This document shows, one piece after another, positions 39,294 through 53,600 of a stretch of 64,000 nt of DNA; positions within the stretch are counted from its first letter, which is position 1; each line of letters begins with the position of its first letter. Under the pieces are notes generated by a model that saw nothing but the letters and a program-made list of their open reading frames with translations, searched no databases and had not been told where the DNA came from. The position numbers and the translations under genes were made by a program. This DNA comes from Vitrella brassicaformis CCMP3155 (Eukaryota > Protista > Chromerida), in the NCBI GenBank assembly GCA_001179505.1, contig CDMY01000325.1, positions 55,893-119,892 on the forward strand, read 5' to 3'.

Positions 39294-41128
39294 TCATTGA
39301 CGGCTGCTGCTGATGCTGCTGCTGCAAACTGATGTAGCCCACCTGCACATAAACGACGCGCAGGTGATGCTGGCTGCCTGTGAAAACCAGGCCTTATATT
39401 TGCTCACTGATGTCGTTGTGTCCGCCGCACTCTGCTGCACCAAGGGGGTCGTCGGCGCCGCAGAAGGTGCACTAGGTGGAAGAGGAGGCGGGTGCTGCGG
39501 CATGTCTTCGTCAGGCCCCCATTCACGGAGCGCCGCCACCGCCTGACCCACCTGAACGACAACAACACGGGACAGAAGAGAACAGGACAGACAACGATGG
39601 ATGGCCATCCGTTTCCGCTCTGGTGCTGCCTGTGAGTCGTTCAGTGATATGCGCGCCTCACTCACTCACCAGTTGTTGCTGCTGTGTCAGCAACATCTGC
39701 TGCGCCGTCTGAACTTGAGCCCAGTACTGCACACAACACACACACGCACAACACGCACGCACACAGACACAGAGGGTGGTGCGAATGTGACTGTCCATGT
39801 GTGTATTTGGAGACGTACTTTCATCGCTGGCTGCATTGCCACTATCTGCTGCTGCAGTCCCGCGATGTGCTGCTCCATAGCGCAGATCTGCTGCCGCAGC
39901 TGGGCCTCTACCTGCTGGAGTTGGCGGATTTGCAGGTTTTTGTCGGCGATCGCGTTGGTCTTGGCCTTGAGCTGCCGCTCCTTTTCCAGATCGGCCTGGT
40001 GTGCGGCCCACCAGGCGGCTTCCAGCTTCAGATACGCCTGAAACATACACCAAACAGCACCACTCATTATGAGTCATCGCTATAGTTGTTTCTAGTTGCC
40101 GAAGCTAGGTGGATTACCTCTCTGTGGAAGCGAAGCTTGGCGTCCTTGGCCCAGAGGAGTCTCGCCGCCTGCCCAGGGTCGCCAGCCGCTTGGCGCAGGT
40201 CGTCGACCAGATGCCGAAGATGGTCGATCTCCTCGTTCTTGTGCAGCACCAGCTGCCCCAAACCAGCCGGGTGCTGCTCCGTCAGCATCTGGTCGAGGTG
40301 GGCTATCCTGGCATTCATGTCGCTGCGCATCTTCACGTACACCTCTATGTGGCGGTCGTGGATGGACTTCTCGACGAACTCGCCAACTGACACACAAACC
40401 GGCAAGGGCGCGCACACACACACACACACACAACAGGTGGGTTGAGGTCAGGTGTTGTGTTGTCCTGTCACTGTCGTACCGGTGTCCACTGTGACGCTGG
40501 TGGGATGCACGTTGCCATACACCCACACCCGGGCTTTGGCCGTGCCGTCTGAGCAAAGAAAGGCACACACAATCGCAACCACACATCATGCATGATGTGA
40601 GCAGCCAATACCAACCGGTCTGGGCAACGTCATCGGCCGTGTCGGGAATGGCGGACACCTCAGCCTCATGGATGTCAGCTGGGCCATCTGCGAGAGAAAC
40701 ACAAACAAACAGCCACAAATCAGAGGTCTGCCTGTCCCCTGGAACATACTCTTCAAGAATGCGTACCTTCAGCAGCGGCAGCCTCCTCCTCGTCCTCCTC
40801 AGCAGCTCCCTCAGCAGCAGCAGCCCCTCCTCCCTGGCGTGTCCCTGAAGACGCACACAGGTAGAAGAAACACCGTATGCATCTATGGTGTGTTGGTTGC
40901 TTGACCCATTCACTCCTCGATGAGTGAGGGTGATCTTTCTTACCCTTGATTTCCTTGATGATCTCGTCAACCATGGTGGCCATGACCACCCCCACGAGGA
41001 CGATGAAGGGGCAGCCGACAACGCCCATGCCGAAGCCGTACGCCATGGCCGCCCCGACGCCGCCTGCCGCCCCGGACAATCCAGCCACGCCGGCTGCGCC
41101 CGTGGCTGTGGTGAGGACAAAGGGCATG
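39294..41128 (-). CDS. Hypothetical protein with Gly/Ala-rich hydrophobic N-terminus and Gln/Glu-rich coiled coil
   Basis: MPFVLTTATGAAGVAGLSGAAGGVGAAMAYGFGMGVVGCPFIVLVGVVM followed by spliced coiled-coil exons (DLEKERQLKAKTNAIADKNLQIRQLQQVEAQLRQQ). Both ends are uncertain. Confidence 0.6.
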
Positions 41129-41290
41129 ATGCTGATCTGTCGTCGGTGCCAATGCTCTTTCTCGTCGTCCTTTCTTTCTCCCTCTGGTGAGCTAAGCTCG
41201 CAGAAGGCGATCGCTTTTGTAGCTCGCACCTGTTGCATTGTTCGCGTTTCATTGCGTTTGCGTGTTGTGTTGTTGGGCCAGACAGCACCG

Positions 41291-42155
41291 ATGCTGCCGT
41301 CCCATCGGCGGCAGCATTATTTCTACACCTCCGCCCCGCCTCATCCAGTGGTGGCTGACGTGGCTGGGGATGGTGACAACCCTCCTGATGCTGATGCCGA
41401 TGCCGGTGCTGGTGTGGAGACCTCTGCGGCCGTCATGCCGTCCGCTGATGGGCCGGACGAGGGGCAGAGAGGCTCGAATACGACGCCGACAGGTCAGTGG
41501 GCGTCAAAATCTCACAACTCATTTGTGTTGTCAATCTCATTGTGTGGACGTTGGTATTTCAGAGCGTTTGATTCGGGACAGTGATGAGGCAGCCGCTGCG
41601 GTGCGTGTGCTCGAAGGACTGCTCCCGCCGCCCACAGCCAGCTCTGCCGAGTGGACTCATATGAGGCGGAGGAGCAACATACAGATCGACGCGACCGAGG
41701 CCGCCTACTACCTGGACAAAGCAATCAAAGCGGTCAGCTGCAGCCAGCCAGACAGGCGCATACAGAGAGAGACTCTGTTCGTGTGTGTGTGTGTGTGTGT
41801 GCAGGAGAGTGCTCGTGCCAAGCAACAGATGCTCAACAAGGCACAGATCCGCCTCGACGCCCTCGAAAAGTTCGCGCAGAACCTGGCCACGAAAGGATCG
41901 CTGTCGGCGGACGAGAGAGAGCAGTTCTGCCTCACGCAGGACAAGCTGCCGCCGCTGCGCCGCCTCAAGCGGAAGGCCGAAGCCACTATCTCACTCTCAG
42001 GTGGGCGAGTATTCCCATCTTCGTGCGGCACACGCACCCATCTGTGTGTGTATCTCTCTCTCTCTCTCCCCCTTCGTGCGTGTGTGTGTGTGTGTGTGTG
42101 TGTCTTACAGGAGAGCATTTGCAATAGATCATCTCTTTGCGGTAACTATGTATAG
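41291..42155 (+). CDS. Hypothetical protein (4 exons)
   Basis: In-phase GT-AG exons from MLPSHRRQHYF... through KAQIRLDALEKFAQ...LRRLKRKAE to ...GNYV*. No family recognised. Confidence 0.6.
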
Positions 42156-42382
42156 TGTTAGTGACGGCGGTTTGTAGACATAGAGGCGAGAGCGAGGGAG
42201 GCGGGAGGGAGGCGGGAGGGTGGCGGGAGAAGCGTCTGTGTGTCAGACGCAGTCATGGGCAATGGATAGAATGGATGGATGGATCGATGTCAAGCAAACA
42301 TCCACAGGGTTTGGAGGGTCTAGGGTTCAGAAGCCAAGCTCGCAGACCTCTCTCCGGCCCGAGATTTTCGTTTTGATTCATC

Positions 42383-45139
42383 ATGGTAGACGCGGATCAC
42401 GAGAATGTTGACTTGAGTGCCGAGTTCAACAGTATCGGCGACCTCAGCCCCGTGCAGGGGAGGGAATCAAGGGAGAGGTCAGCATCGCCTCCTTTCGCCG
42501 ATGCGACTGCGGCAGATGGCCGTCGACGCCCTTCCCGCAGCATCATGCTCAACACGCTGACGACGGTGCCGCACAACCACGTCAGGGTGGAGCCGACCAA
42601 GTCATCTTCTACAACAGGTCAGTCAGTCAGTCAAGGCAGACAAGCCATGCATGGTTGCTGCTGCCAGTCCGCTCATCCACTTATCCGCATGTGTGTGTCT
42701 GAGTCACAGGCCTCGAGCCGCCAGACAGGGAGGACTCCGAGCCCGGCATGGACGACGCCTTTCGCGGCTCCCCGTCCGACCCGCTCCCCCCGATGCCGCT
42801 CCCTCCTTCGCTCCCCATCCCGTCGGCTCGCGAGCGGTCAGCCCCAGCACCCGCCAGCAGGGGCAAAAAGCGGGCGGTGCCGCACTCGAGGTGGGTGCGG
42901 CAGCGGACGTGGGGTGCTGATGCGAGCGGCGGGTCGGCTGGTGGGCAGAAGGGCAGGAAGGGGGCCGAACAGGCGACCCGACGGTCGCCGAGGCATCGGA
43001 TTGACATCATACCTGAGAGCACGGTATGGGGCGAGGGATGGATGGAGTCTGTCATTTGTGTGTGGGTGGGTGGGTGGGTGGGTGGGTTTGGGCAGTTGGG
43101 TTTGTTCCGGCGCGTGACTGCTCATTGTCGAGTTGAGAAGTATGACCTGCAGGCGATCATGGAGACGCCCTTGGGGTGGGCGAGGCAAAGCCGTTGCAGC
43201 GCACGCAACTGTGTGTCCATTGCCTGTCTCTCTCTGTGTGTGACAGTTTGTCTGCCGAGTATGTGGACATGGAGGAGTCGATCTTGATGATGACCACCTC
43301 CCGGCACACCATGATGAGAAGACCTACCAGCGCCAGACAGGGCAGGGTACGCAAGGGCACAACCAACCACCCTGTATGTCTGCTCCACACTCCATTCTGT
43401 CTGCCTGTGTCTGTTGGTCTGTTGGTCCGTCAGCTGATGAGTGCCGACATGTCGGCGACGATCCACTTCCCCAATGGCAATGGACAGACACCCTTTGACG
43501 AAGACGAAGAGGACGTACGTATGCATCATGCACACAGACACACACACACGCGCGCGGACGCCATGGCATGCCTTTTTTCTCCCTGTGTGTGTGTCGGTTC
43601 ATTCAGCGTGCCTATGCGTTTGTGTTTGACAACGGTCCGGTGGTGCTGTGGGGCTTCGACGATCTGGCGGGCGAACACCAGTTCCTTTACTGCCTCTCAC
43701 AATTCGCACGTACGTAAGAGTGGTGGACACGCACGCACGCCACACAGACGGGGGCACGGTCGGTCCGTGCATTGCTGCCTGCCTCCTGTGCGTCCAGATG
43801 GCGAGATACTGGTGCATTTGCAGTGTGTGGAGGAGCTGGAGTATGCCTTTGTCGACACGCTCGGACGGTCCACACAGGTCTATATGGCAGTGTCCCTCCC
43901 CACTTCATTGATGTGAACACTCATTCATCTGGGTGCAGGTGCCTCGTTCTCGCATCCGTCATGACCGCATCTTCCTCAAGGTGGGCAGTAGCTTAGCTTG
44001 GGCGGAGATGCAGCACACACTCTCAGCCAATGACACAGAGGACCACGCCCATGGAGGTCTCACTCGCTGCTGTTGTCCCTCCCTCCCTAATCTCCTCTTC
44101 TCCTCAGACTCACGAGAAGGACGAGAGGGTGGCGGTGTCCGTCGCCATGGCCCAGTCCGTCAGACTGTCCATATTCGGTAAGCAAACGGAAACGCATAAA
44201 TGGAATGATCAGCAGATAGCAGAGGGGGTGAGAGCTATTTGCATGGCTTGGCTTGGCTTGTCGTGTGCTGTGCATGTGCGTGTGGTGGCCTGTCGATCAC
44301 ACAACAGAGGAGGCGCTCGAAGCTGGCCTACAACGGTGAGTGCGCACAGACGACAGACAGACAGACAGACTCACGCAGACACATCGGCAACCGGTCATCA
44401 TATATGCATATTTGTGTTGTTTGTGTGTTGTGTGTGAGACAGTGTCAGGGAGATTCCCGAGGCGATGGTGGAGCGGGGCACGACCAAGCTGCCCGACCGG
44501 GCGGTGTCGGAGCGCATGTGTGAGGTCTTCCTGCGTATGCTCGACGTCAACGTGGTCAGCGGTGAGGAAAGGGAAGCTGGATCAGATCAGCATTTCATGG
44601 AGCGCATCCCATGTGCACACACATGTCATGTTGGGCTATGGGTGCAGGTCTGCGAGGTGTGCCCGACTATTTTTGGGAGAACGACACGTGGCAGGGCTTC
44701 TACACACGGGTGTGGTGGGGTGGGGTGGGCAGATGAGATGGTGCACACACCACACACGCATAAGATACACAACACATGTGAGCACTCTACTCTGTTGTGT
44801 GTCCGTCCATTCATTCATTCAGGTGTACAAGTATTTCGAGATAGAGGAGCGGATCGGCATCCTCAACAGCCGGTACGACTACATCGGAGAGCTCTTCACC
44901 GTCGTCAGAGAAGAAAGGCAACACGGTCGGTCGGTCAGCCCATCCCCCCGGACCACCAACACAGGACAAGACAAGAACTCACCCTTACTTAACGCGTGGG
45001 TGATCTCTGTGTGTGTTGCGTCTGATATGATTGGTCAGGTCAGATGTCTCGGCTGGAGTTGATCATCATCCTGCTGCTGGCGCTGCAGGTCTTCGCCACC
45101 ATCTTCAAGGACATACTCGAGAGGAACATCGAGGGCTAA
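42383..45139 (+). CDS. RMD1/DUF155-family protein with C-terminal transmembrane helix
   Basis: VTAHCRVEKYDL, AYAFVFDNGPVVLWGF, ERVAVSVAMAQSVRLSIF, PDYFWEND, YFEIEERIGILNSR and RLELIIILLLALQV, all typical of the RMD1/RMD8/YagE pattern. Confidence 0.88.
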
Positions 45140-45458
45140 ATCAGTGCGTGGTCGGACGGTGGATGGTTGAGTGGTTGGGTGCATGGACAGGCGGCTGTCA
45201 GTATATTGCGTGTGACGATTTTGTAGTAGTAAGGCAGACAGACAGACGGACATGGTCTGATTGGTATGTACGATAATGAAAGTTTCTCACGTTCCTTTGC
45301 CGCATGGAAACACACAGGTCGCGACAGACCGCCACGCATGCATACCTCGAGAGGAAAGAGCAGTGATCGATCCATCGTGTAATACATACACATAACATAA
45401 ATGGTACAAAGAGCTCTGCCCGCCCGACCGCCCAGAACAGTAGCCGCCCCCAACTCTC

Positions 45459-48400
45459 TCACAGCTTGACAGTGCTCTGTCGCTTTCGCAGCTGGGCGGC
45501 CCACGCCGCACTGGACAGCTGTGTGGGCACATTCCGTCTGCCCCTGGCCCCCGTACCCAGCACACCACTCGTGCTCCGCCGCTGAAAGTCCCCGACATCG
45601 CCTTCCTCCTCCTCCTCTTCGTCTTCACGCTCATCCTCAAAATGGGACGCCCGCTGCTCCCTCCTGCCCCCGCCCGCTTTCGCAGGCGGCACACGGAACG
45701 ACACGGCACTCGTTCTCTCTGGCGGCCCACCGCTCTCGGCCGTCGGCTGTTGTTGTCTTGCGGGCGATGGGGGCACACGTGGGAGCGACGTGCGGTGGAT
45801 GGATGGGCGGGCGGACTCGGCCAGTTGGTCGGTGTCGAAGGGGACTGGCAGGGCTGCGGCGCTGCTCCTGTGGTAGTCTGAGGAAGAGGACATGGTGTCA
45901 GCGAGGGCCACTGGTCTCGCCTTGGAGCTGGCGGGGCGGGAGGGGGGGTGAGACATCTGAACAGGGGTGGTCGGCCGACTCACCTGCGTACAAAAACACC
46001 CATATGTGATAGAGACACTGACACATGCTCCGCCCACCCTCTCACCGAGTGGTATTCTATGGCGAAGTCGCCCGCGCCCTCCCGTGAGTCGCCGACGTAG
46101 TGTGCGTACTTCTTGATCTGCATGAGACGCTGCGACCTGCCCAAGCCGCGCGGGATGCCACTCGCCTCCAGGTACTGATACGAGAGGTCCGTCTGCGCGC
46201 CCTCTTCGGCAAATGTGGGCGGCGGCGGTAGTCCCGCCTCATAGCGGTCCCACTGACAGCCAAGGTCTTTGTGTAATGGTATGAGTGTCTCACTGTGTGG
46301 CGGGGTGTACCTACCTGTGCGGTTGCGTGTCTCTGATCTTCGTCGAATTCGAAAATGCCGTTGGCCATGGCCTCCCGCTTGCGGAGGAACTTGGCGACGT
46401 CCTGCTCTGCCACCAGGGCCTCGAAGGCATCGACCCGCTCGTGCAGCTCGTCTCGGTGGTCGCTGACGGTCTGCAGCCGCTCCTGCAGGGCGGATATCTC
46501 GTCGGCCTGCTCCTTCACTTGCGCTTGAAGCTGGCGAGAGAAGGGAAAGAAGAATGGGAGAGTGTGGTGGATCGGTGGATGGGATGGGTGGGCCGAGTAC
46601 CGACCGATGCGGTGAGGGAGTCCATGTCTTTGTGTCGCGCCTTGCCCTCGTTGACCTCCTTGCGCAACGCCCAGATCTCCTCCGACTGACACATACACAC
46701 ATGTGCGACAGCGGTGGTTCACAAGACATGTGTGTCTTACTTGTTTGGCGCTCTTGACGACGAGTTGTTGCTTTTCCTCCCTGATGATGTCTCTCTCCTT
46801 CTCGACGGCCTTGATGTGCTTGTCCGTCTCCTGTGGACACACAGAGGAATGGGGCATTCATTCTTTAGTCGATCCCCCCTCCATCTCTGCATGTATTCGC
46901 CACTGACTCACTCTCAGTGCGGCAGCCGTGTCGGTGATGGTCAGCAGTGTGTAGAGCTCCTCATACCTACACACGCGACCCACATCACATCAAACATGGA
47001 TGGGGTGTGTGAGTGTGTGTACCTCATATTGGCGGTCTCAGCGGCCTCCTGCATGGCAGTGAGCTGGAACTGGAAGGCCGACTGCATCCCACGCAAGTGC
47101 TTCTCAGACGCCTCACGCTCGGACGACAACATCGACTGATCGATACACACAAACACGTATGGACATGAGACCTTTCTCCCTTCCTCCGGTGTGGTGTAAG
47201 TGTTGGTGTCACCTTGAGCGAGGCGACTTCCGTCTCGTGCGTGTGGATGGTCGCGTAGTACCTGCATACGCACACGCCAAAGTGGCAAGTGTCGTGTGTG
47301 TGGTTGTTCGCCATCTCACTGACTGACTTGTCGAGTATTTCCTGCAGGTCGGTACATTTGGTCTTGTAGGCCTCCAGCAGGCTCGCCAGACGCTTGGACT
47401 CGGCCTGCGCGTCACGGCTGACAGACACACAGGAGGGAACAGATCTTCTCTCCGTCTTTGTCTAGCAGGTGTGGGCAGGTGTGGAATATGCCGACCATTC
47501 CTTGCTGATTTTGAGTGTCTCCTGTTTGCTCTGGTCAAGCTGTGTCTGCAGCCGCTCTTTCTCGTCACGCTCTGTCTGGCAAACACGTAGAGTGGGCGCC
47601 AGCAAGCATCCATCCATTCATTCATCCATCCACTCTATGCTGACTGACCCTGAGCTCCTGTACGATGGTCTCTCTGTACATTTTCTCCTCGGACAAGAGC
47701 CGCTCCAGCATCGATATCTTCTTGAGGTGCACCTTCCTGCACACATGAAAACACACACACACACAGGCACTCATAGAGACAGAGGGGCAGTGTGGTTTTC
47801 GTCTCCTTGCCTCTCTCTCACTTGTCCATGGCTGCTTCGGCCTCGGCCTTTGCGAGTGCCGCTTGTGTGTTCTTGAGGATGTTCTCGGCCTTGACGCGCT
47901 GACGGGTGGCCTCTGTCAGATCCTGAGGGGAACATCACATCACACACATGCGTCGTTAGTGTGCGTCGTTCGTTCTCTCTCTCTTGTTGCCTTTTTGGTC
48001 TGTCTGATGGCGTTTTGCGCCGAGTCTCGCTCGAAAATGGCCTGCTGCAGAGTATGGCGCATATCCTGTCCACACACCAACACACACACATACACAAGCG
48101 AGTCGGGTGCCGCACCTGCTCTTTCTGCACGTGTTTGTGTGTGTACGTGTGTACATCTTTCTCCAGCTGTAGTTGTTTCCTCTCGATCTGTTCCGCCTCG
48201 ACTTGGCTGGTCAGCAGCTGAACCTTCTCAGCCAGCTCCTCTGCTTGCACCTGCACAACACACAACCACCAGAACGCAAAGGCGCAAGGGTTCATCTCCT
48301 TAGCTCTGCTCGCCCATCCGCCCACCATGTATGTGGTGAGGTCTGTCTTGGTCTGTGCCAGCTCGGCCTCGTTCTTGCTGCACCACCCACACACATTCCA

Positions 48401-50545
48401 GCGTTACTTGTGTGCACATATGTGCGTCTTGTGTTGTGTTGTGTCCAGTGCTTACGTGTTGGTGTCCGTGGTGACGGCCAGCTGGCTGATGGCAGTCTGC
48501 AGGCAGCCACTCGCACACAGACGAGGTAAGAGACGCATGGGTTTTCGCGAGACCAATCTATTTACCTCTAATTCGGTCTTCTGCTGTGCAGTGGTCAGCT
48601 CAAGCTCCTTCACTTGCTCCTGGGCCTCCTTATTCTGATGCATGCAAGGCACATACAGGTACGCGACGGTCACTTCATCGCTTTCAGGCTGTAACATTGG
48701 TTCACCTGCTGGACAGCGGTGGTCCTCTCCCTCTCCGATTCCTCCAGCTGTGCCCTGACCGTAGTCAGGTTCCTGTCCAGGTCCTCCAGCCTCATCGTCT
48801 TGTCCTGCAACTCTGTCGTCACGCGACGATTCTCCCTTACACACACCACCCAGAGACAGACAGAGACATGATGCCCATACGAGATCTCGATCTGTCTGCT
48901 CATACAGTACCTGTTGGCTTCTGCGAGTTCTCCCTGAAGCTTTTTGCTCTTGTTCTCGAAGAGGGTCCGCTGTGTGTGCTCGGCCGTGAACAGCAGATCG
49001 CGACGCTCTGGGCGATCGATTGAGAAGAGACAAGAGACAACAAATATGTATGGACTATGTTGTACTGAAGAGAATATGTCGCTGACCGGCCTCCATCTTG
49101 AGGTTCTGTATCTGCTTTTCGAATTTGTCCTGTCGCTGAACCCACTCCAGGGCCTGCACTCATGGCCCACCACACAGAGAGTCACCGTTTTTGTTGTGTG
49201 TGTGGGAGGGTGTGTGTGTGTGTGTACTGACTTGGTGTCTGTACTTCTCGAGTTCCTTTTCGAGGTTCATCATTCTCTCCTGGGTGTCGGCCAGCTGCCG
49301 TTGCAGCTGACCTATCTCCTCCTCAAGGCTTGCCGAGTGGTTCATGTAGTGCAGCGCCTGCCTGCACACACCCCACAGACACATGTCTCTCTTGGAAGGC
49401 ACTGCGTGGGTATCGGCATACAGACTTTTTGGCGATTTGCAGTTCTTCGTCGGTGCCGTCGAGCCACCGGCGGTAGTCCTGCAGGCGCACCTCGGCGTCC
49501 ATGCGCTTGCGGATCTCCAGCTCGTACTTCTGCAGAGTGACTTGGTGGTCCCGCTCGATGGCCTCCCTCTCCGCCTCATAACGCTCGCTGTCCTCTCGCA
49601 AATGAGACGCCTGGGGATGACAACAAAAGGCGGGCAATCGCCATGGCCGCTATTGTTTTCTTACTTCGATTTCCAGTTGTGTGCATCTGCTGTCGAGCAT
49701 TTTCTTCTCATTGAGTGCCACCACGAGCTGCCGCTCGTACTCCTCCTGCAGCACCAACATGGCCTCCTGCGTCCCCTTGGCCACCAGCTCGCCGATGCTC
49801 GGCCCCCCAGCGCCGCCCTTGTCGGCCAGCCGCTCCATCAACAGGGCGAAAACGCGCCACAGTACAGTGAGCGCCTGTGGCCGGGAGGCACAATGGGAAG
49901 TCGCTTCCTCCAGCAATGCGTGAAGGCCCTGAGTGGAGACAAGAGAGGACGGTGTCTGTGTTGGTGCGGAAACAATCGCACCTGTGAGTAGACGAACATA
50001 GCGCGGTAGACTCGCGTGACGACCGGCTGTGGCAGGCCCATCTTTTCAAGGTCGTCATAGCCAATGCCGTACAGCGATGTGCCTCTCTTTCGCGGCCCCC
50101 GGACTCGAGCACTCAGCTCACGCATGTCCATGCCCTCGAGGATGAAGTTGTCCTCCTCCTTGTAGTATATCTCCTCGAGCGCATCGTTGAGCCACTTGGA
50201 CACCTTGCTGTTAAAGTCATCCTGACCCCTCTCTGGGCCGGAGATGGCCGCCTGCTGCTGAGGCTGCTGGGGCTGCTGGGGCTGCTGGGGCTGCTGGGGC
50301 TGCTGGGGCTGCTGTTCCTTGCCCTTGTCTTGTGCAGCAGGCTGCGTGTCGTCCCTGTTGGCGCCGCGAGGGGATGGCTGCTGGCGTGGGGAGGCGACTG
50401 TTGAGTCGCTGCCCTGTGGATTGGCACGGCGGGTGATGGGGGGGCGGTACTTGAAGACCGTGAGGCCTGTCAGGTTGGCGGCCGATGGGCTGACGGGCCC
50501 TGCAACAGCTTCGCCATCGCGATGGGGAGAACCGGGGGAAGGCAT
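45459..50545 (-). CDS. Large multi-exon coiled-coil protein of unknown function
   Basis: Starts MPSPGSPHR. Has an N-terminal globular segment (YGIGYDDLEKMGLPQPVVTRVYRAMFVYSQ), then about 18 Glu/Gln/Lys-rich heptad exons and a low-complexity C-terminus. Confidence 0.8.
50262..50314. repeat. 9-bp coding tandem repeat x6 encoding (PQQ)n
   Basis: (ggctgctgg)n on the + strand; QQPQQPQQ on the - strand. Confidence 0.95.
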
Positions 50546-50665
50546 GCTGACGCTCGTTTCTGCACAAAATGCGGTGACGCACTGTATGCAGAGCCTTCGA
50601 ATGGGCTCACTCGAATTCCTGCCAGTGGGGGCACTTGGGGGCCTGTTCCTTCTGCCCGTCCATCA

Positions 50666-53600
50666 ATGGAGGCTGCACCAAAGCTGTTTCCGGTGCGGCT
50701 GCTGAAAGCTCACTCATCTGCCGCCAACCGCGTCACGCCGTTTCAGGATGAAGATGACAGCTCCTCCCGTGCTGACATCCCTCGTTCTTCAAGCCCCGCT
50801 CCTACACACGAGCATGCGCAGGGGCGTGGGGGAGAGCACCGGGAATGGAGAAAGAGGAAAACTACGGGGGACAGACAGCCCCTGGCCAGCGCGCCACAAC
50901 TGTACGAGTGAGGGGCGGTGTGTTTATGGGGGAATTCTCATGGTCCGCGTTTCGTTTGCGTGTCTGTGCAGTGAGGCGTTCACTGCCGTTCGGGGGAACC
51001 GCCTTGAGAGAGTGGAGACATTCACTGAACCGAGGACACATCTCATGGTGGAGTGACTGAGACAAGAAGCGACAGCAGCCTCATTACATGTTCCGCCTCT
51101 TCTGTGCAGGTGCGTGTGGCGAGCGAGGAGGAGCTGCCGAGTGACGGCATTGTGCGGCCGAGGCGCCTCTCCGCGGGGCCAATCAAGTCACAGCCGGCAC
51201 ACAAGGACGGCTCCACCCCAGTCCGTCCCAAACGAGTATCGCTCCCGGGCCAGGTGTCCGATGACGTCTTGGCCTCCCGCCGTCGGAGGAAGGTCAGCAT
51301 CAGCATCAAACGCAGCAAGCGTGCAGCTACTGTGTCAAACCTTAACGAAGAGCGCTTAGAAGAGAGGTCGGACACCAGTTCGCCTGACCAGCGAAGCCCG
51401 ACGAGGCGGTGGGGAGGGCGTGGGAAGAGGCAGAAGTCCTTTGGGGGCATACTCAGTGGGCGGTCGAGCCGGGCGGCAAGCCGGGCGGCGAGCCGAATGT
51501 CGTTTGCGTCTGTCGCTTCGGAAAAGGAAATCAAATCGCCCCTTGCGGTAAGACGAACACGGAGCGTGAGACACGTCATGAGTGCGCCTGTCGTCATGTA
51601 CAGGAGCACCCTCGCTACGTGGAGGACTGGTGGTATCGCTTTGATCGCGATCCTTTCCTCCATCCCGAGCCCACCTCGTCCGTACCCCTCCCAAGACGCT
51701 CCGCGCAGCTCGCCGTGCTGGAAGCGACCGAGTGCTCGGCAAACAGCTCCAGCGAGAGCATGGACACTGCCGGCCAATCGACCGCCGCCCACTCGGCATG
51801 TCCATCCACTGGTCGGCCGCACGCCTTCTGGCTGAAGCTCTTCGTTGGCTTCTGGAACATGCACGGCAAGAGCCCGACTGGCTCCAAGGAGATCGGAGAG
51901 GCGGACACCATCAGGGCGACATTCCTGCGGACGGATATCCCGCATGACGTGTATGTGGTGGGCACTGCTGAGTGTGAGGTGAGTGGAGTGGGGCATCTTT
52001 TGTTATGTGCACACAGGGGGGTGTGAACGTATACGTACATGTCTCTCTCTGTGTACATGTGTGTGTATCAGCGTTCGATCGAGAAGTCGTTTCTGTATGC
52101 GTCAAAGGCCTCCTGGGAGCGGTTCGTGGCCGACTCGCTCGGGGAAACCTACTTTTTGGTCCGCTCACACACACTGCAGGTATGCTGGTGTGTATGTAGC
52201 TTCCTTGCTATGTGTGCGCACACCGACTGTGCCAACGGATGAGTGGCCATCACTCAGGCACTCCATTTGGCCGTGTTTGCTCGACGGGAGCTCAGGCAAC
52301 ATTTCGATGACATCAAGTGAGTGACGACAGAACGTGACATGAGAGACACATTCATTGTCTCTTTCTCCCTGCCCTCTCAGCTCTGCTCACATCGCCACTG
52401 GCTTTGCAAACCTGTTAGGCAACAAAGTCAGTGACTGACTGACTGACTGTGGTGCATGGCTGGCACAACCAAATGGACCGTGTGCATCAGCCATCTGTGC
52501 ACGGATGTGTGTGTAGGGTGGGGTTGGCATCTCTTTCCGCATTGGCCGCACCCATCTTCTCTTTCTCAACTGCCACTTATCACCGCACCAGTCCGCGAAG
52601 TACCTTGAAAAGGTACTCTCACGCAAATCCACCACACATCAGCCACTTATGGTTTCGTCTGTGCAGCGCACCAAGATGATGGACAAGATCCTGTCCGAGC
52701 TGCCTTTGCCCACCCGCCATGTGCCGCGGATGGGCGGGGTGCTGCAGGCATGCCTCGACCACACATTTATCCTGGGCGACTTCAACTACAGGCTGCTGTG
52801 CAAGAGGGACGAAGCGCAGGGCATGCTCAGAGAGGCAAGACAGCAGGTCAGTGACAAATGATGTCTCCACCACCACGAGACATGCTGCTTGAACACAGGA
52901 GCTTCTGCGGCGCGACCAGCTGCTGCATCTCGGGATGAAGCCCACCCGGCGGTTCCGGCAGTGGGTGGCCATGCGCATGAATCTCGCCAACAAGTCTCTG
53001 GTCGAGCCCCACTGCATCACTCTCTTCACGCCGTCCCTCAAGCAGCGGGGCGACTTCAACACAGACGCCGACGACACGATGTCGGACGATGAGCTCGACG
53101 AGACAGAAGCCGATGAGCAAGGATACGTCATGAGCGATATCGACAACAAGAAATCTGAGTCTACGCCGGTCGGCATCCGGCGGGCGCACTTTCGGGACAG
53201 TGACGACACCGCCGGAACAGAGAGCACCAAGACAGGACGGGAGCTCAAGAATGGCAGCAGGAGTCACGACGCATCGGAGCAGACAGGGCCGTCACGACTG
53301 CAGGTTGTAGATGGCAACGGCCCGTCGAGGGACACCAGCAGGTCGTCCCAGTCCGACTGGAGCTCCCCCTCTGCGTCCGAGTCTGACGCTGTCTCCAGCG
53401 ACGCGGCCTCATGCGTCACCGAGTTCCCCGCCGACCACAGACCACCCAAAGTCCGCAAGACGTCCTTCGCCGCGCTCGGTGGCTTCCTATCTCGTCAGCA
53501 TTCCCGTGTTGCCCAGATGGTCACGCGGAGGCGGTCTCGCGGCCAGGCGGACGAATTGACAGAGGCCCATGGGGCCATCAGGCGGATTCCTTCCTCCCGC

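Noticed and set aside
40092-41288. 398-aa ORF and similar long ORFs (10070-11203, 57414-58361, 58609-59538, 51043-51996)
   Set aside because: Antisense or off-frame shadows of GC-biased coding exons, or read-through of microsatellite introns (CVCVCV, TDRQTDR, THTHT); no family motifs.
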